A stretch of DNA of 55,768 nucleotides, the filler included, from Bipalium vagum (taxonomy: Eukaryota), in NCBI GenBank assembly GCA_037834085.1. It is 3 parts of 3 records of this genome, joined end to end, with 100 filler letters (N's around TTAATTAATTAA, not from the genome) between each part and the next. Parts side by side here need not be neighbours in the genome. Positions count along the whole stretch, not along the records: positions 1 to 21,297 come from JBBMKC010239535.1; 2 more parts are not named here. One strand, given 5' to 3'. Shown here piece by piece: positions 1 to 10,680 of the stretch. The translations under genes were made by a program, and so were the position numbers. The notes below the pieces were generated by a model, which searched no databases, had not been told where the DNA came from, and saw nothing but the letters and a program-made list of their open reading frames with translations. The first letter of the stretch is position 1, and every line of letters begins with the position of its first letter.

Positions 1-1074
1 AATTATACAAAAAAGAATAGTAAAGTTTATTTTGAGAAAAATAAATTGTATAAAATAATATTAATAGCAATATAACATTTACTAAAAATAAGAAAATATA
101 GAAAATAATTAATATAAAAGAAGCTTACCAGAGAGCATAAAAAGAGTAACAAATAAAATGGAAAACAGACGCACTTATTGACAGGAGACTTGGAGAATAT
201 TCACACGACAATTTCTTTCAAACAAACACCGATTGTGAATTCTAATAAACAAGGTCATCACGAATAGACAAACGCATAGCATTATTTTAGGAAAACAAAA
301 TTGTTTATTCAAAGACAGCGACAACGAAATCAAACAAAGCTTAATTAGAAAATCTGGAATTAAATTGATTGACAACTACCATCGCGAAGATCACAACCTG
401 CCAATAGTATAAAAAGGGTAGATACAATTTAAAAGAACCACAACATTTCACGACCAAACGATTCACATTCAGAATTCATAAAAATAAGTAATTTTAGTAA
501 ATTTTACTATTATTATCATTATTATTATTATTATTACTAATATTAAATTTTTAACTAACAAGTCTTCACTCTGTGTGTACAGAAGAGTTGACTTTAATAT
601 TTTTATTTTAAAATCTCAATCGATCTTAGTTGCGCAATCTTCACCGATTGACGTGGCTTTTAACTAACAACTTTCTTAAAAGTAAATACTCGGTGCTTTA
701 GCGTAGATTAAATAATTCTTTTTGTTATTTCCATTACTTCTTTTGTTTTTCAAAGTTTACACAGCCGCTAGCTGGTAAACTTCCTGAGGGCTTTAACACA
801 CTAGCCTAAGACTGTGTTTAAAGATTCTGTAGATCAGCAACAAAACTAATTAATCTTTGTATTACAATTTTTAATAAAGATTTTGCTATTAAAATTTGAG
901 TTATCTTAGTTCATTTACATTTTTCTTGTGATCGATTTTTTTCATTGTGACAGTAATTAGTAGTAGTATTCCAACGTTCATCCGTAAACCCTTCTGATAG
1001 CATAGACTTTGTTAAGTAACCTAAAAGCTCAACCTAAGTTTTGTAAAATCTACCAACTTTTTAGGAACTTAACA
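1..1074 (+). mobile_element. 5' LTR of a Gypsy-like LTR retrotransposon (left end cut by the window edge)
   Basis: Ends in ...GGAACTTAACA at 1074, followed by a TT spacer, a PBS and gag. It is collinear with a second copy ending at 42720, with an identical terminal 19 nt. Confidence 0.8.
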
Positions 1075-1076
1075 TT

Positions 1077-1094
1077 TGGTGAGCCCGACGTGAT
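1077..1094 (+). promoter_or_regulatory. Primer-binding site complementary to the tRNA-Trp 3' end
   Basis: TGGTGAGCCCGACGTGAT matches 17/18 nt of the reverse complement of the animal tRNA-Trp 3' end as I recall it (TGGTGACCCCGACGTGAT). It lies 2 nt after the LTR-terminal CA. Confidence 0.88.
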
Positions 1095-1328
1095 CATGTT
1101 CGGAGCACTTTTCAAATAAAATAATAAATATCAAAAACGCGGCAACAGAAGACAAGGATCAATTAAAATTAATTGAAACTCTTGATCTTGCTACGCAAAC
1201 TGATTCACCACTATCGTAAATCAAGGCAAAGTAAAATAGATCCCCAAACAGACAAAAAGGTTAAGCTTACACGCATACAAACTCGACAAAGAATTACAGA
1301 AACCATTGATAATTTAATAGTAAACAAT

Positions 1329-2389
1329 ATGGCAACACGAGATAATCAACCTAACGATGATGAGAATCCTAGTCAAATTTATAATGGTTATATTAAAATA
1401 GATGTTTTTAGTGGAAATCCAGCAGAGTTACACTACTTCTTAGCGATTTATTATATCATAATGAAAGCATACGAATTCACTGAGAAAATCATGGTGAACC
1501 GCTTGCCTATATATTTAAAAGGCGCAGCTCGGGATGGTTATTTAGAATTAGTGTCAAAGGGTAAAAACGAAAGTTGGTTATAAGTTAAAGAGGCATTAGA
1601 GGAAAAAATATTTACAGGCGATACAGGGCATCTCTTTAGAAAGCAATTTGCCATGACAGTACAGCAGTCAAATGAAACAGTAGCTGATTATACTCATAAA
1701 TTAAGGACCGTAGCCCAGAGAGCTTTCGGCATCCAAGACAATTGGGACGCAAATACATAAGCAATATTTAAAGACCAATGGTGGTCTGGTTTAAAAATCG
1801 AAATACAATCTGTTATAATAATGTATAGACATGACGTATTCGATAAGTTATTAGAAAAACCAAAGTTAGCCGAAACCACAGTAGAGGTGAAGGCAGTAAA
1901 TTTCATTAGTAAACACCAGCAGTCCCCGGGACAGAGACCCAAATCGCCACAACAGATAAATAAGCCAATTATACAGTGTTATCGATGCGATGAAATGGGA
2001 CACGGAGCCCGCAATTGTCCAAATAATAATAATAATGTCAGTAAAATGTTAGATTCAATGGATTTGCCACTAAAACTGATAATGCTTTAGATGGTAATAG
2101 TCCACGTCCCGATATTAAAAATCAATTTCAAAACAGAGCTGTAAGCCAAAATAATCAATTTAGTAATAGTAATCAATTTAATAATAATAATCAATTTCAA
2201 AATAATAATCAATTTCAAAATAACAGTAATCAGTTCAGTAAACAATGCACAAAATGTGCTCGTAGAAATCATTCAGCAAATGAATGTAGGGCCATAAACC
2301 TACAATGTGTTCAGTGTGGTAAAAGAGGCCGCGTCAAAGATGTCTGCAGAAGTATCAATTATAATTCTCCCCAACGACAGCAAATCTAA
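1329..2389 (+). pseudogene. gag: Decayed retrotransposon gag with three zinc knuckles
   Basis: Capsid-like FSGNP...LPIYLKGAARDGY and an MHR-like QQSNETVADY. Knuckles are CYRCDEMGHGARNC, CTKCARRNHSANEC and CVQCGKRGRVKDVC. There are in-frame stops at 1581-1583 and about 1758-1760, a frameshift near 2045, and a terminal TAA at 2387-2389. Confidence 0.85.
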
Positions 2390-2397
2390 CAAATCAA

Positions 2398-3553
2398 ATG
2401 AAAGATACTCAAATAAAATCCCAAGAAGAACCAGAATATTGCGAAGTACCTATTGAAACATCTGTAACAGAACAGGCGATAACTGAAAAACCTTGACCTA
2501 ATATAGATCAAAACATACAAGCCGCATGGCAGGAGATAGATGAAACCAATGAGGTCTTACAAAAACTATTAGAAGAAGATGAACCACCGGTACCGCAAAA
2601 TCAGTCTCAATATTGGCAAGTAGGTATTGATGATGTACAGTTATCCAATCAAGATGAATCATTGAATACACCTGATTATGTACCTATTCCAACCACTACA
2701 TCTCAAGTTATCCAAACCCCTCTACCAACTCCAGATAAATGTATTCAAACTGAAAAGATTTCGGGTACAGACATTGGTACCCAGAAACCTGCAGTAAAAA
2801 TTAAGCACAATGATCCCATATATCAGCACATACCTGCAGTCAAGCATGTACAAAAAACTGTAATATTAAACCAAGTAAAGGAAAAGCTTATGTTTAAGCA
2901 AGCTCAGACGTTAGCAGCAAAATTAAATACTGAGTTCGAGGATGAAATAATTTCTGACGATTTATTAACTAAAATAACAGCCATTGTTCAGTCTTTGGAT
3001 AATACCATTCATGTCACAGATATTAATTATCAAGGAATGGATTTGATAATCTCATTTTTAGAATTAAAACATTATTCACGAAATTAAAAGGTTTAGAGAA
3101 AATGAAAAACATGCAAGTCCATGAGTTACTGATAAAAAATGCAAATAAAGGCACCTGTACAATCGCGCTTGCAATAATTTTGCAACAAGCTATTAAAAGA
3201 ATTCAGCGATCACATCATCAAGCACAAGTAATCTTAAAAGAGACCACAAAAACTGTTCAACAGATTGTTAGTCCATTCATAGAAAAAATGGGTGGATGGG
3301 AATTTTTAAATTCCACACCAGCCCAGCCTTCTTCTAATAATAACAATTCCAATATGGTGCAAATGATGATGATGCCCACAGTTAAATAATAGCATATGAT
3401 CCAAAATTTGGAAATATTTATTCATTGGTTGATACACCAGATTGTGAGCACTTAACACCAAATAATGTAACAGCTAAAAAATCAGCTTCTTACATATATC
3501 AAGGTGATTTTTATAGAACTAAATTACGTGATGTGCCTATAGACAATAAATAG
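2398..3553 (+). pseudogene. Decayed unknown ORF downstream of gag (acidic, Pro/Thr/Gln-rich; possible accessory or env-precursor region)
   Basis: ATG at 2398 is in frame with the 2662-3087 ORF through one TGA (2494-2496). It continues via frame changes into 3102-3389 and a segment reading IAYDPKFGNIYSLVDTPDCEHLTP...YIYQGDFYRTK. No protease, RT or integrase motifs were seen. Confidence 0.5.
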
Positions 3554-4192
3554 TGAAAAATAGTTTGATCCTAAAAAATATTAATCGGAACACCAAAATG
3601 TCATCCTCACCGAACGGCAGTAACCAAGTTATTGAAATGAATCCTTAAAGGTAGAAAAATAAATTTGGTTTTAAATGCTTTAGTATCCAGATGAAGCATC
3701 AATCTTTCACCTGTTCATTTTTTTGAGCCATATGTATAAGAGTTGGATAAAACTAATGTCCCTATGGTTTGCGTACATCGAACTGTGGCTTAAATCAGAC
3801 GAACAGTTTTGCAAGGGTCATACATAGTAACGAGTGCAATGATTGACTGTTTACTTTCAAAACAAAACAAAACACGTTCCTCTCAAATAATGTATATTAA
3901 TCTCAATAATAAAAATTAACACTGATACCAGTACTATCAACAGATGGTATCATACTAAGGAAGAGATCAAATATACTTTAACATGAAAATGGATCTCTAA
4001 TGAAATCTTAGTCAGGAATTAATTTTACATATTTTATTAATTTTTAAAAATTAATGATACTAAAAAAAATCAATTTTCAAATAAAAAATTAATAATACTA
4101 AAACTGTTTTACTATTTAAAAGTAATATATTCACAGAACCAATAAAATAAAATGTATTTCAGTCAAAACAATAAATCAATTTTTTTAACACT

Positions 4193-4814
4193 TCATTTCA
4201 AAATTAATCTTTTCCAGATATTCTCTTTCCACTCGTTTTCGGGAATGTTTTTGGCCCACTCTGGAGTTTTGATCCGATCCAATTTTATGTTAGCCATACA
4301 CTGCTCAATAGTCTGTAGTTTTTCTGTAAATAAAAGCGATATTTACGGTTCGCAAAAGCTAATTTTTCCAAAAATACCGGTCGTCAACTCGATATCGTTT
4401 TTAGACGGTTCATTCCAAATGTCCACTTGAGTGGTGTCAGGGACCGAATCGGCAAAATTCTAATCGAATTATATCCGTTAGAAACATGTCCGAAAATTAA
4501 TCATTAAATGAAATTACAATTGACGGACCACTCTCGGAATACTCATTGACATCTAGCATCTGGATTATACACTGCTCTAAACTGCTGGAAATTTCATTAG
4601 ATTGACTTTCGTCAACGCTGTCGTTGGAGTCTGATTCCGAATCATTGTTTTCGAGATTTACTGACGGCAGCATTTCATATCCATGATATGCCAATGCTTC
4701 TTCATCTAAAATTTCAAAGATTTCCTCAGAACTATCAGAACTGGAATTCTCATTGAGATTCGATATAATAACTTCTTTTTTTTCTTGCTGAGAATTTATA
4801 TCTTCTGGGCTCAT
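4193..4814 (-). CDS. MEA1: Male-enhanced antigen 1-like protein, 3 exons (4814-4518, 4459-4378, 4323-4193), 169 aa
   Basis: Two GT-AG introns (58 and 54 nt) join an acidic N-terminus containing GYEML to ...DIWNEPSKNDIELTTEKLQTIEQCMANIKLDRIKTPEWAKNIPENEWKENIWKRLILK*. This fits the MEA1 C-terminal pattern I.L...M..I.L...P.WA..I.E..W. Exon phases are consistent. Confidence 0.85.
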
Positions 4815-5139
4815 AATTTAAACTTTTATATACAAATATTAAATTTAAAATTTGTGAGTTTGGTTTTTAATAACTTAATTATTTAAACAAAAGCGTATAT
4901 ATAAGTATTATAACGAGTTATAATGCAGAATATAATAATCGTTATAATAATAGTAAATTAGTTAAGATAAAGAATTAATAAAATATAAAATTTAATTTAA
5001 TAATGAGTAATTTTTAATTTATAATTAAGGAAAATCACATATTTTGATACTTATTAAATTTCTTTATTTAATTTATTTTAAAGTTAATTATGACAAATTA
5101 AATAATAATTCTTATACATGTCGATCAATATTATCACAG

Positions 5140-6760
5140 ATGGATCGATACCGGGCCTACCACTTGAAGGAACCACTTCAGACTGTGGCTTCTTCATATG
5201 CCAATATGCCCTTGATTATTGATATCCTAGATATCCAACACAAGAGTAATGTATTTTTCAGTCCAAACATCACTGAAATGAGATCCTCTCTCTCCATCAT
5301 CATTGATGGCATTATCCGCAACGGCGACACCAAGCCGGATGATGAACTACCGACACAAACCCACCATATTCTCAAGGAAGTATTCTCCCTCTTTGATACC
5401 ACCAACACCAAGCTCAACCTTGACCACATCCTTCATACGCCAAACGGGCTACTATACAACTCTTTCTAGCACGCTTCGATGACAGCTCACCCAAATCTCC
5501 AGTATTTGTGCATAAGGACCGCATGAATCAATCGGCATACCACCTCCGCTGAATGTATGAAATTAACCCCAAAGCGACCTTCCTTGAGCTGCTGCCAAAT
5601 AGTACTCCGACCTTCTTTCCATCCTGATTGGACACCACCCAACAATTCGCCTCTGAACCACCACCGCCTCTGCTTGCATCCGGCACTCAAATCTCACCCC
5701 TTTGATAGACTCTGGGCTTCAATTGACCCAACTGAGATTACCCAAGCACTAAAGGGGACCTCATCTTCGGCGCCAGTTGAAAATGGCTAGACTTATAAAA
5801 CTGGAAGGCGATTGACCTTCTCCAAACATTCTTAACGGCCCTCTTCAATTACATACTGAAGTTTGACTCCTTCCCCAAACAATGGCGCTCTTTCAAAACT
5901 ATCCTACTTCTTCAGACGGGGAAACTTAAGCTCTCTCACCTTGTATCTTCCTGAAGACCCATCGTCATCCTTGCTACATCCTATCGTATTCTGGTCCTTG
6001 TCCTCAACCACCGTCTGCTGGGATGAATATCCTGGATAACCGGGATGATTGTTGCACCCCAATCAAAAAGCTATCCACTCCTAGAACGGATGAGGAAAAC
6101 ACAACGTCATTAAGGGCCTCACGGAATACTGTAAGGCCATTAAAAAGAAGTTGCATGCGTGCTTCTTATACGTTGCTGAAGCATTCCCCAACTTGCTACA
6201 TGAGCTCCTCTGGGTCACCTTACGTAAATCGGGCCTTTCGGAGAGCAACATTGACTTGTTGAGAGGCCTCCATCAGGGCAACTTCACATATTATGTGTGC
6301 CATCATCTCACCACACACAGTATATCAATGGAAAAAGGTGTCAAACAGGGTTGGTTCCTCTCCATGTTCTTGTTTTGCCTCTCCATCAACTTTCTGATAG
6401 ATCACTTTTGCACGACTTCAAATCGGCTTTTGGCTCTTAACTCCAACTTTGACTGTCTTGCATATGCCGACGATTTGGCAGTCATTACAGACAGTCATGA
6501 TAGGCTTCAAAATATGGTCGACACTCTCTGCTGTCTCCTTCGGGCGATCCACTTGGTCTTTTGCCACATGAAAAGTGGATATCTTTGTCTAGGCTCATCA
6601 ACATCAACCCATCTCTTCATCTATGTGGAGCCTATCTCTCTTGTGGAACCGGAAAATATTTACTCGTATCTTGGAGTCACTCACGGAGTTGATCTCCGAA
6701 CGGCTACAGATAAGATTCTTGAGAAGAATCTGTTATGAGATGTAGCCTGTAATGAGAGCA
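5140..6760 (+). mobile_element. Decayed RLE-clade (R2/R4/NeSL-like) non-LTR retrotransposon, reverse transcriptase region
   Basis: RT motifs across frameshifts: RPIVILATSYRIL, QKA...HNV, LHACFL(Y)VAEAFP, GVKQG, LAYADDLAVI, YSYLGV. The segment is clearly GC-richer than its flanks. Confidence 0.82.
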
Positions 6761-6767
6761 GAGATCA

Positions 6768-6886
6768 TTTGGTCTCAATAATGAGCCCAATGTGGTTTAT
6801 CCCGATCCCTGAATTGCTTTAATGTTTAGCTTTAAGGTTCTTCAGGGGTCGCAGACGGATCACATGGGCCAAAGCCAGAGACCGGA
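6768..6886 (+). other. Long imperfect hairpin (about 119 nt)
   Basis: Nested stems: TTTGGTCTC/GAGACCGGA, GCCC-ATGTGGTTT/GGATCACAT-GGGC, CGATCCCTGAA/TTCAGGGGTCG and GCTTTAA/TTAAGGT, with a 9-nt loop and many G.U pairs on the + strand. Confidence 0.7.
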
Positions 6887-7019
6887 GGCATGTATGACAT
6901 AAACAAATATTGTATATATAAATCTAATTACTGTACATTATACAGATGTGAAGTGTTATAATAAATATATCTTATTGTTTAATATAGCAACAGAAGAACA
7001 AGGAGAAAGCACTTTATCA

Positions 7020-7542
7020 TTTTGGATGTTGTGCGCTTGCTCTATGCTAAAAAATGAAAGATGTTGTTTTTGTAGCTTCAAGGACTTGAGTTGAAGTTAA
7101 TTTTTTTTTACTATGTTTCGTAAGCTTGACTCTCAAATGCCTATTTATGTGGCCATTTTTCTCATTAAATGCCTTGAATTACGCCTTTCTCTGACAGAAG
7201 TATTTTACGATTTTTTGGAATGTTTGCACTGCGAGATCTTTCACTTCTTGAATGGTCATTTATGCAGCCTAACTCCTTATATCCTTTTATTGTATATGAT
7301 ACTGTTTGTCTTGGAATACCAAGCAAATGAACTCTTTCAACTTGTTTTTTTCAAATATGTAATTCTAGTTACACGTTTACTTACAATGTTGCTCATTTTT
7401 TAAAAGAACTATATTAAATAAAAAATTATAATATGTGATAAAGAACTAAAGAAAGAACAAATTAATGTCATTTTTTATGTTTGACTAAAAATTTGATAAA
7501 TTTTTTTTAAAAAAGTAGTCCAAGGACTTTTTGCGCACCCTG
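7020..7542 (-). mobile_element. Tc1/maT (DD37D-like) transposon, 5' fragment
   Basis: The minus strand begins TA|CAGGGTGCGCAAAAAG (TIR-like). Decayed HTH region: LGIPRQTVSYTIKGYKELG...RRNSRHLMRKMA...SLRNIVKK. Confidence 0.7.
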
Positions 7543-8439
7543 TATAGTAGAATAGATTACAAAAATTAATCGACTCTAGAGTCCATTTCATTATTTTTAT
7601 CTTTAATAGTAATTGAAGCAGTAAAATAATAAATGGTTGAAGGATACAACAATGTACCCCAATTCATAATTTATTGGTTTGTTTCCGATATTACTGCAAT
7701 AGTTATTTGTAATTAAATAATTTTTGATATTATGGAGGTAAAAACCAAGCCCTCACAATCAGTGAATGGACTTTCTTGACCGATGTTAATATTGAAAGTT
7801 TCAGTTTGCGACGACATCACTAAAGATGCAGCTAAAAATATACCAATCACTAACTTTATATGAAAGAGAAAAATTAAGACAAATCATTCATAAATTAGTG
7901 AAATTAGATGTAATAAATATGTAAATATATTAGCTGGTAATATAATAAATATCAGTAATATATTTATATTAAACGTAATTGAAGTGGTAAATGTTTCAGT
8001 TGATTATGAGTTTATTTTGAACTATCTAGATGAAACATCAAATCTCTTCAATATAAAACTGATCTGGCTTATTTTAATAATTAGAGACGCATCCAAATAT
8101 ATGATAAAAACTTTTAATATGTTAAATAATCAAAGCAAGTTCTTTTTTCTTATAACTTGCCTTGCATATTTAATCCATTATTATAATTGTTCCATGAGAA
8201 TAAAGCCAGGCTTTATTAATGATGATAATTGTATAGCCAGAATTAAATTAATCTTTTCAAAGACATAGGAAAGCCTCCAGAAGTCATTATTACTAGATGG
8301 TCAACATGTCTGAAAGTAGTATTCTATTATTCTAAGAATTTACAAATTATTAAAAAAAAATAGTGATGATAATGATGTTAATTATTAATAATTTTAATAA
8401 TAATAGAAATATTTTTTTTCTCCTTTGTAAGAACAAAAG

Positions 8440-9250
8440 AAAATCATTAAAAATTTAGCTCAATCGTCGGAGCGTTGAAATTTTAAAGGCTATTCTATGT
8501 AATAGCCGTCCGGAATCGTCATTCGAGCGTGAAGATTGGTGATCGTATCCAATCTCCACGCCTATATAAAGAGACGGCTATTCCCAGAAAACCGTCCAAA
8601 AATACAAAGGCTTCAAGCTGAAGACATTATATTGAAAAATATGAAGAGAGACGATTAGCGGTGTCGTAAACACCGATCTAGTAGGTTCTCCGATATTTCA
8701 AATGCGATTCAAATTCCCAATAGTAGCATGCAAAGAATTGTTGTAGCTGAACAATTTAGACTGGCACATAAGAAAATATGCCCCCTAATAACAGGTGCTC
8801 AGATAGATAAAAGCCTGAAGTCGTGCCAACAACACCGGAATAACACATGAGACGCATTGGTGGAAAAATTGATGAAAAATGGTTCCAGCTACTTTTGTTC
8901 AATTGCGACAGGTATTATGGCAGTAGCCCCAGAAAGAAAGTTCATGTAATAAGAAAGAAATATATCTAAAAAATAATGGTACTAAACAAAATTCGGAAAA
9001 AAAGTTTAACAATCTCCTTGTCATATGGAGAATTCAGTCGAATTACCTATCTCAGCGATCGTCAAAAGTAACAAAAAAGGAGAATTAAAACAAAGTTAAT
9101 TCAACAATGACCTTTGACTCTTTACGAATTGATGCATCATGAAACATGCCTGTAATCTGCAACAAAATGTACTGGTGACAAACAGTTTTCATCCAAATGG
9201 ATAATGCCCGTCCACAAACAATGTGGAAAAATTAAATGATTTCGGGACAA
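8440..9250 (+). mobile_element. Decayed DD39D-like (plant/stramenopile-type) mariner transposase remnant
   Basis: Motifs in order across frameshifts: IDEKWF (8868-8885), IMAVAP, QRSSK..KGE, MPVICNKMYW, VFIQMDNARP (9185-9214). An upstream palindrome and TATATAAA lie at about 8500-8580. Confidence 0.65.
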
Positions 9251-9289
9251 CCTTAATACAACAAAAAAATAAAACAAAAACAGAGATTT

Positions 9290-10500
9290 ATTTTAAATCA
9301 AAGATATGGTTGTCATTCACACGGGGAAGTTTTTAAATGTTTGTCTTTGCTCTGGCTATGCATTTTTCCAGATATTATGGGTATTAATGATCGTCCTGGC
9401 TGCACATTTTTCCATAATTGAGTTAATTTTTGTTATTTTAAATCCAAATGCTCCGAGTGTTTATTATTTTGATGGGATCCACGATCCCCCGGCTCCGATT
9501 ATAAATGTTTTGATATCGTAGTACCATGTTCTTCCGAGCTCGGATTGAGCTTCGTCAAACAAAGTCTGATATTTTTGTTTATTTGCTTCGTCATTGCCTT
9601 TGATAGAAATCTCTGACTCAAAGGGGACTTTGACATCTATAATTAGGTATCTTTAAAGCCTCTTATTCACTAATTGTATATCAGGAATTAAGTTTTTTCC
9701 TGAAAAAATTCCTTTCTTTTCAATGTGTATTTCCCATTCCTTTTTAAGTGTGGACAACAAATCAACTAAGATATCGCGTACATCATTGGCCTTTTTCGTA
9801 CCATAGGCATTATGTAGATGCAGCTGCATAAGGTGTGTGAGGCAGTTTCTTCCTTCCCATGGCAATTTCTAAAGTTGCCGTCCTTTTTTAATTTTTTATT
9901 GGTTGGTAAGTCATTAGTCCGATATTTCTGAATAAAGTACCATTCATCTGTACTGCACAGGTGCCCGTTCAACAGTTTTTTGTTTAGGCGACCATTTAGG
10001 ACAATTGTTTTTGCCAGTATTCCTGTGCTGCAAAAGTTAGCCAAATTCTCAAACATCTTTTCCCCGATTTCCTCATGTAAGAATGGATATAGCAGGTGAG
10101 TTGCGAATTTTTCAGATATTGTGATTTTATTTCTAGCTTTGATGATTGTAATGATTCCGCTGCTGTTGTTTAGTTGAAAGGCTATATTGATATTGTGGTA
10201 CTTATCAAAATAATGTATAGTCATGCTAATTTTGGACCACCAGGACCGTTGTAAGACCTCATTGCGTTCTTTGTTTAACCAGTCAATGCCCATTTCTGAT
10301 GTCGTCGCGTTTGACTGAGACTTTAAGGAATTCAAGGCTAGATCCAACATTTGCTTTTCTGAGGTGTTCAGCATCCGATGAGCTTGTATGATTGACTGGG
10401 TTATATCAACATCAAATGTTGATATACAACCGAGTCCACCATATTCTACTGGACAGTATAAATATCCGATTGGAGACGACAGTAAAGTAATTCTCATAGA
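9290..10500 (-). mobile_element. RLE-clade non-LTR retrotransposon, 3' portion (post-RT region, CCHC finger, restriction-like endonuclease)
   Basis: YLYCPVEYGGLG; finger (x)RNCHGKEETASHTLCSC; endonuclease PD..D.K motif IPDIQLV...IIDVKVPFE...NKQKYQTL; FIIGAGGSW; AATAAA near 9290 on the minus strand. Confidence 0.85.
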
Positions 10501-10590
10501 TGTTTCCTAAGAATAAAATCTAATCCATAATGTGTACATTCACTCTTGGTCGTAGTTTCAAAGCAATTTAAATATGATACAGCTGTTTTA

Positions 10591-10680
10591 TAGTACTCCG
10601 ACTTCCTTTCCATCCTGCTTGGATATCACCTAACAATTCGCTTCCGAACCACCACCGCCGATTGATCTCCGCTTGCATCC
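10591..10680 (+). repeat. About 90-bp diverged copy of segment 5600-5681 of the + strand RLE element
   Basis: TAGTACTCCGAC..CTTTCCATCCTG.TTGGA...AACAATTCGC...GAACCACCACCGCC...GCTTGCATCC is present at both sites in the same orientation. Confidence 0.85.

Noticed and set aside
3600-3860. Possible BEL/Pao integrase fragment on the minus strand
   Set aside because: Only vague motif echoes; too decayed to support a call.
7600-8270. Coding-like decayed segment, including ORF 7984-8268
   Set aside because: No recognisable domain on either strand and multiple stops in the more plausible frames.
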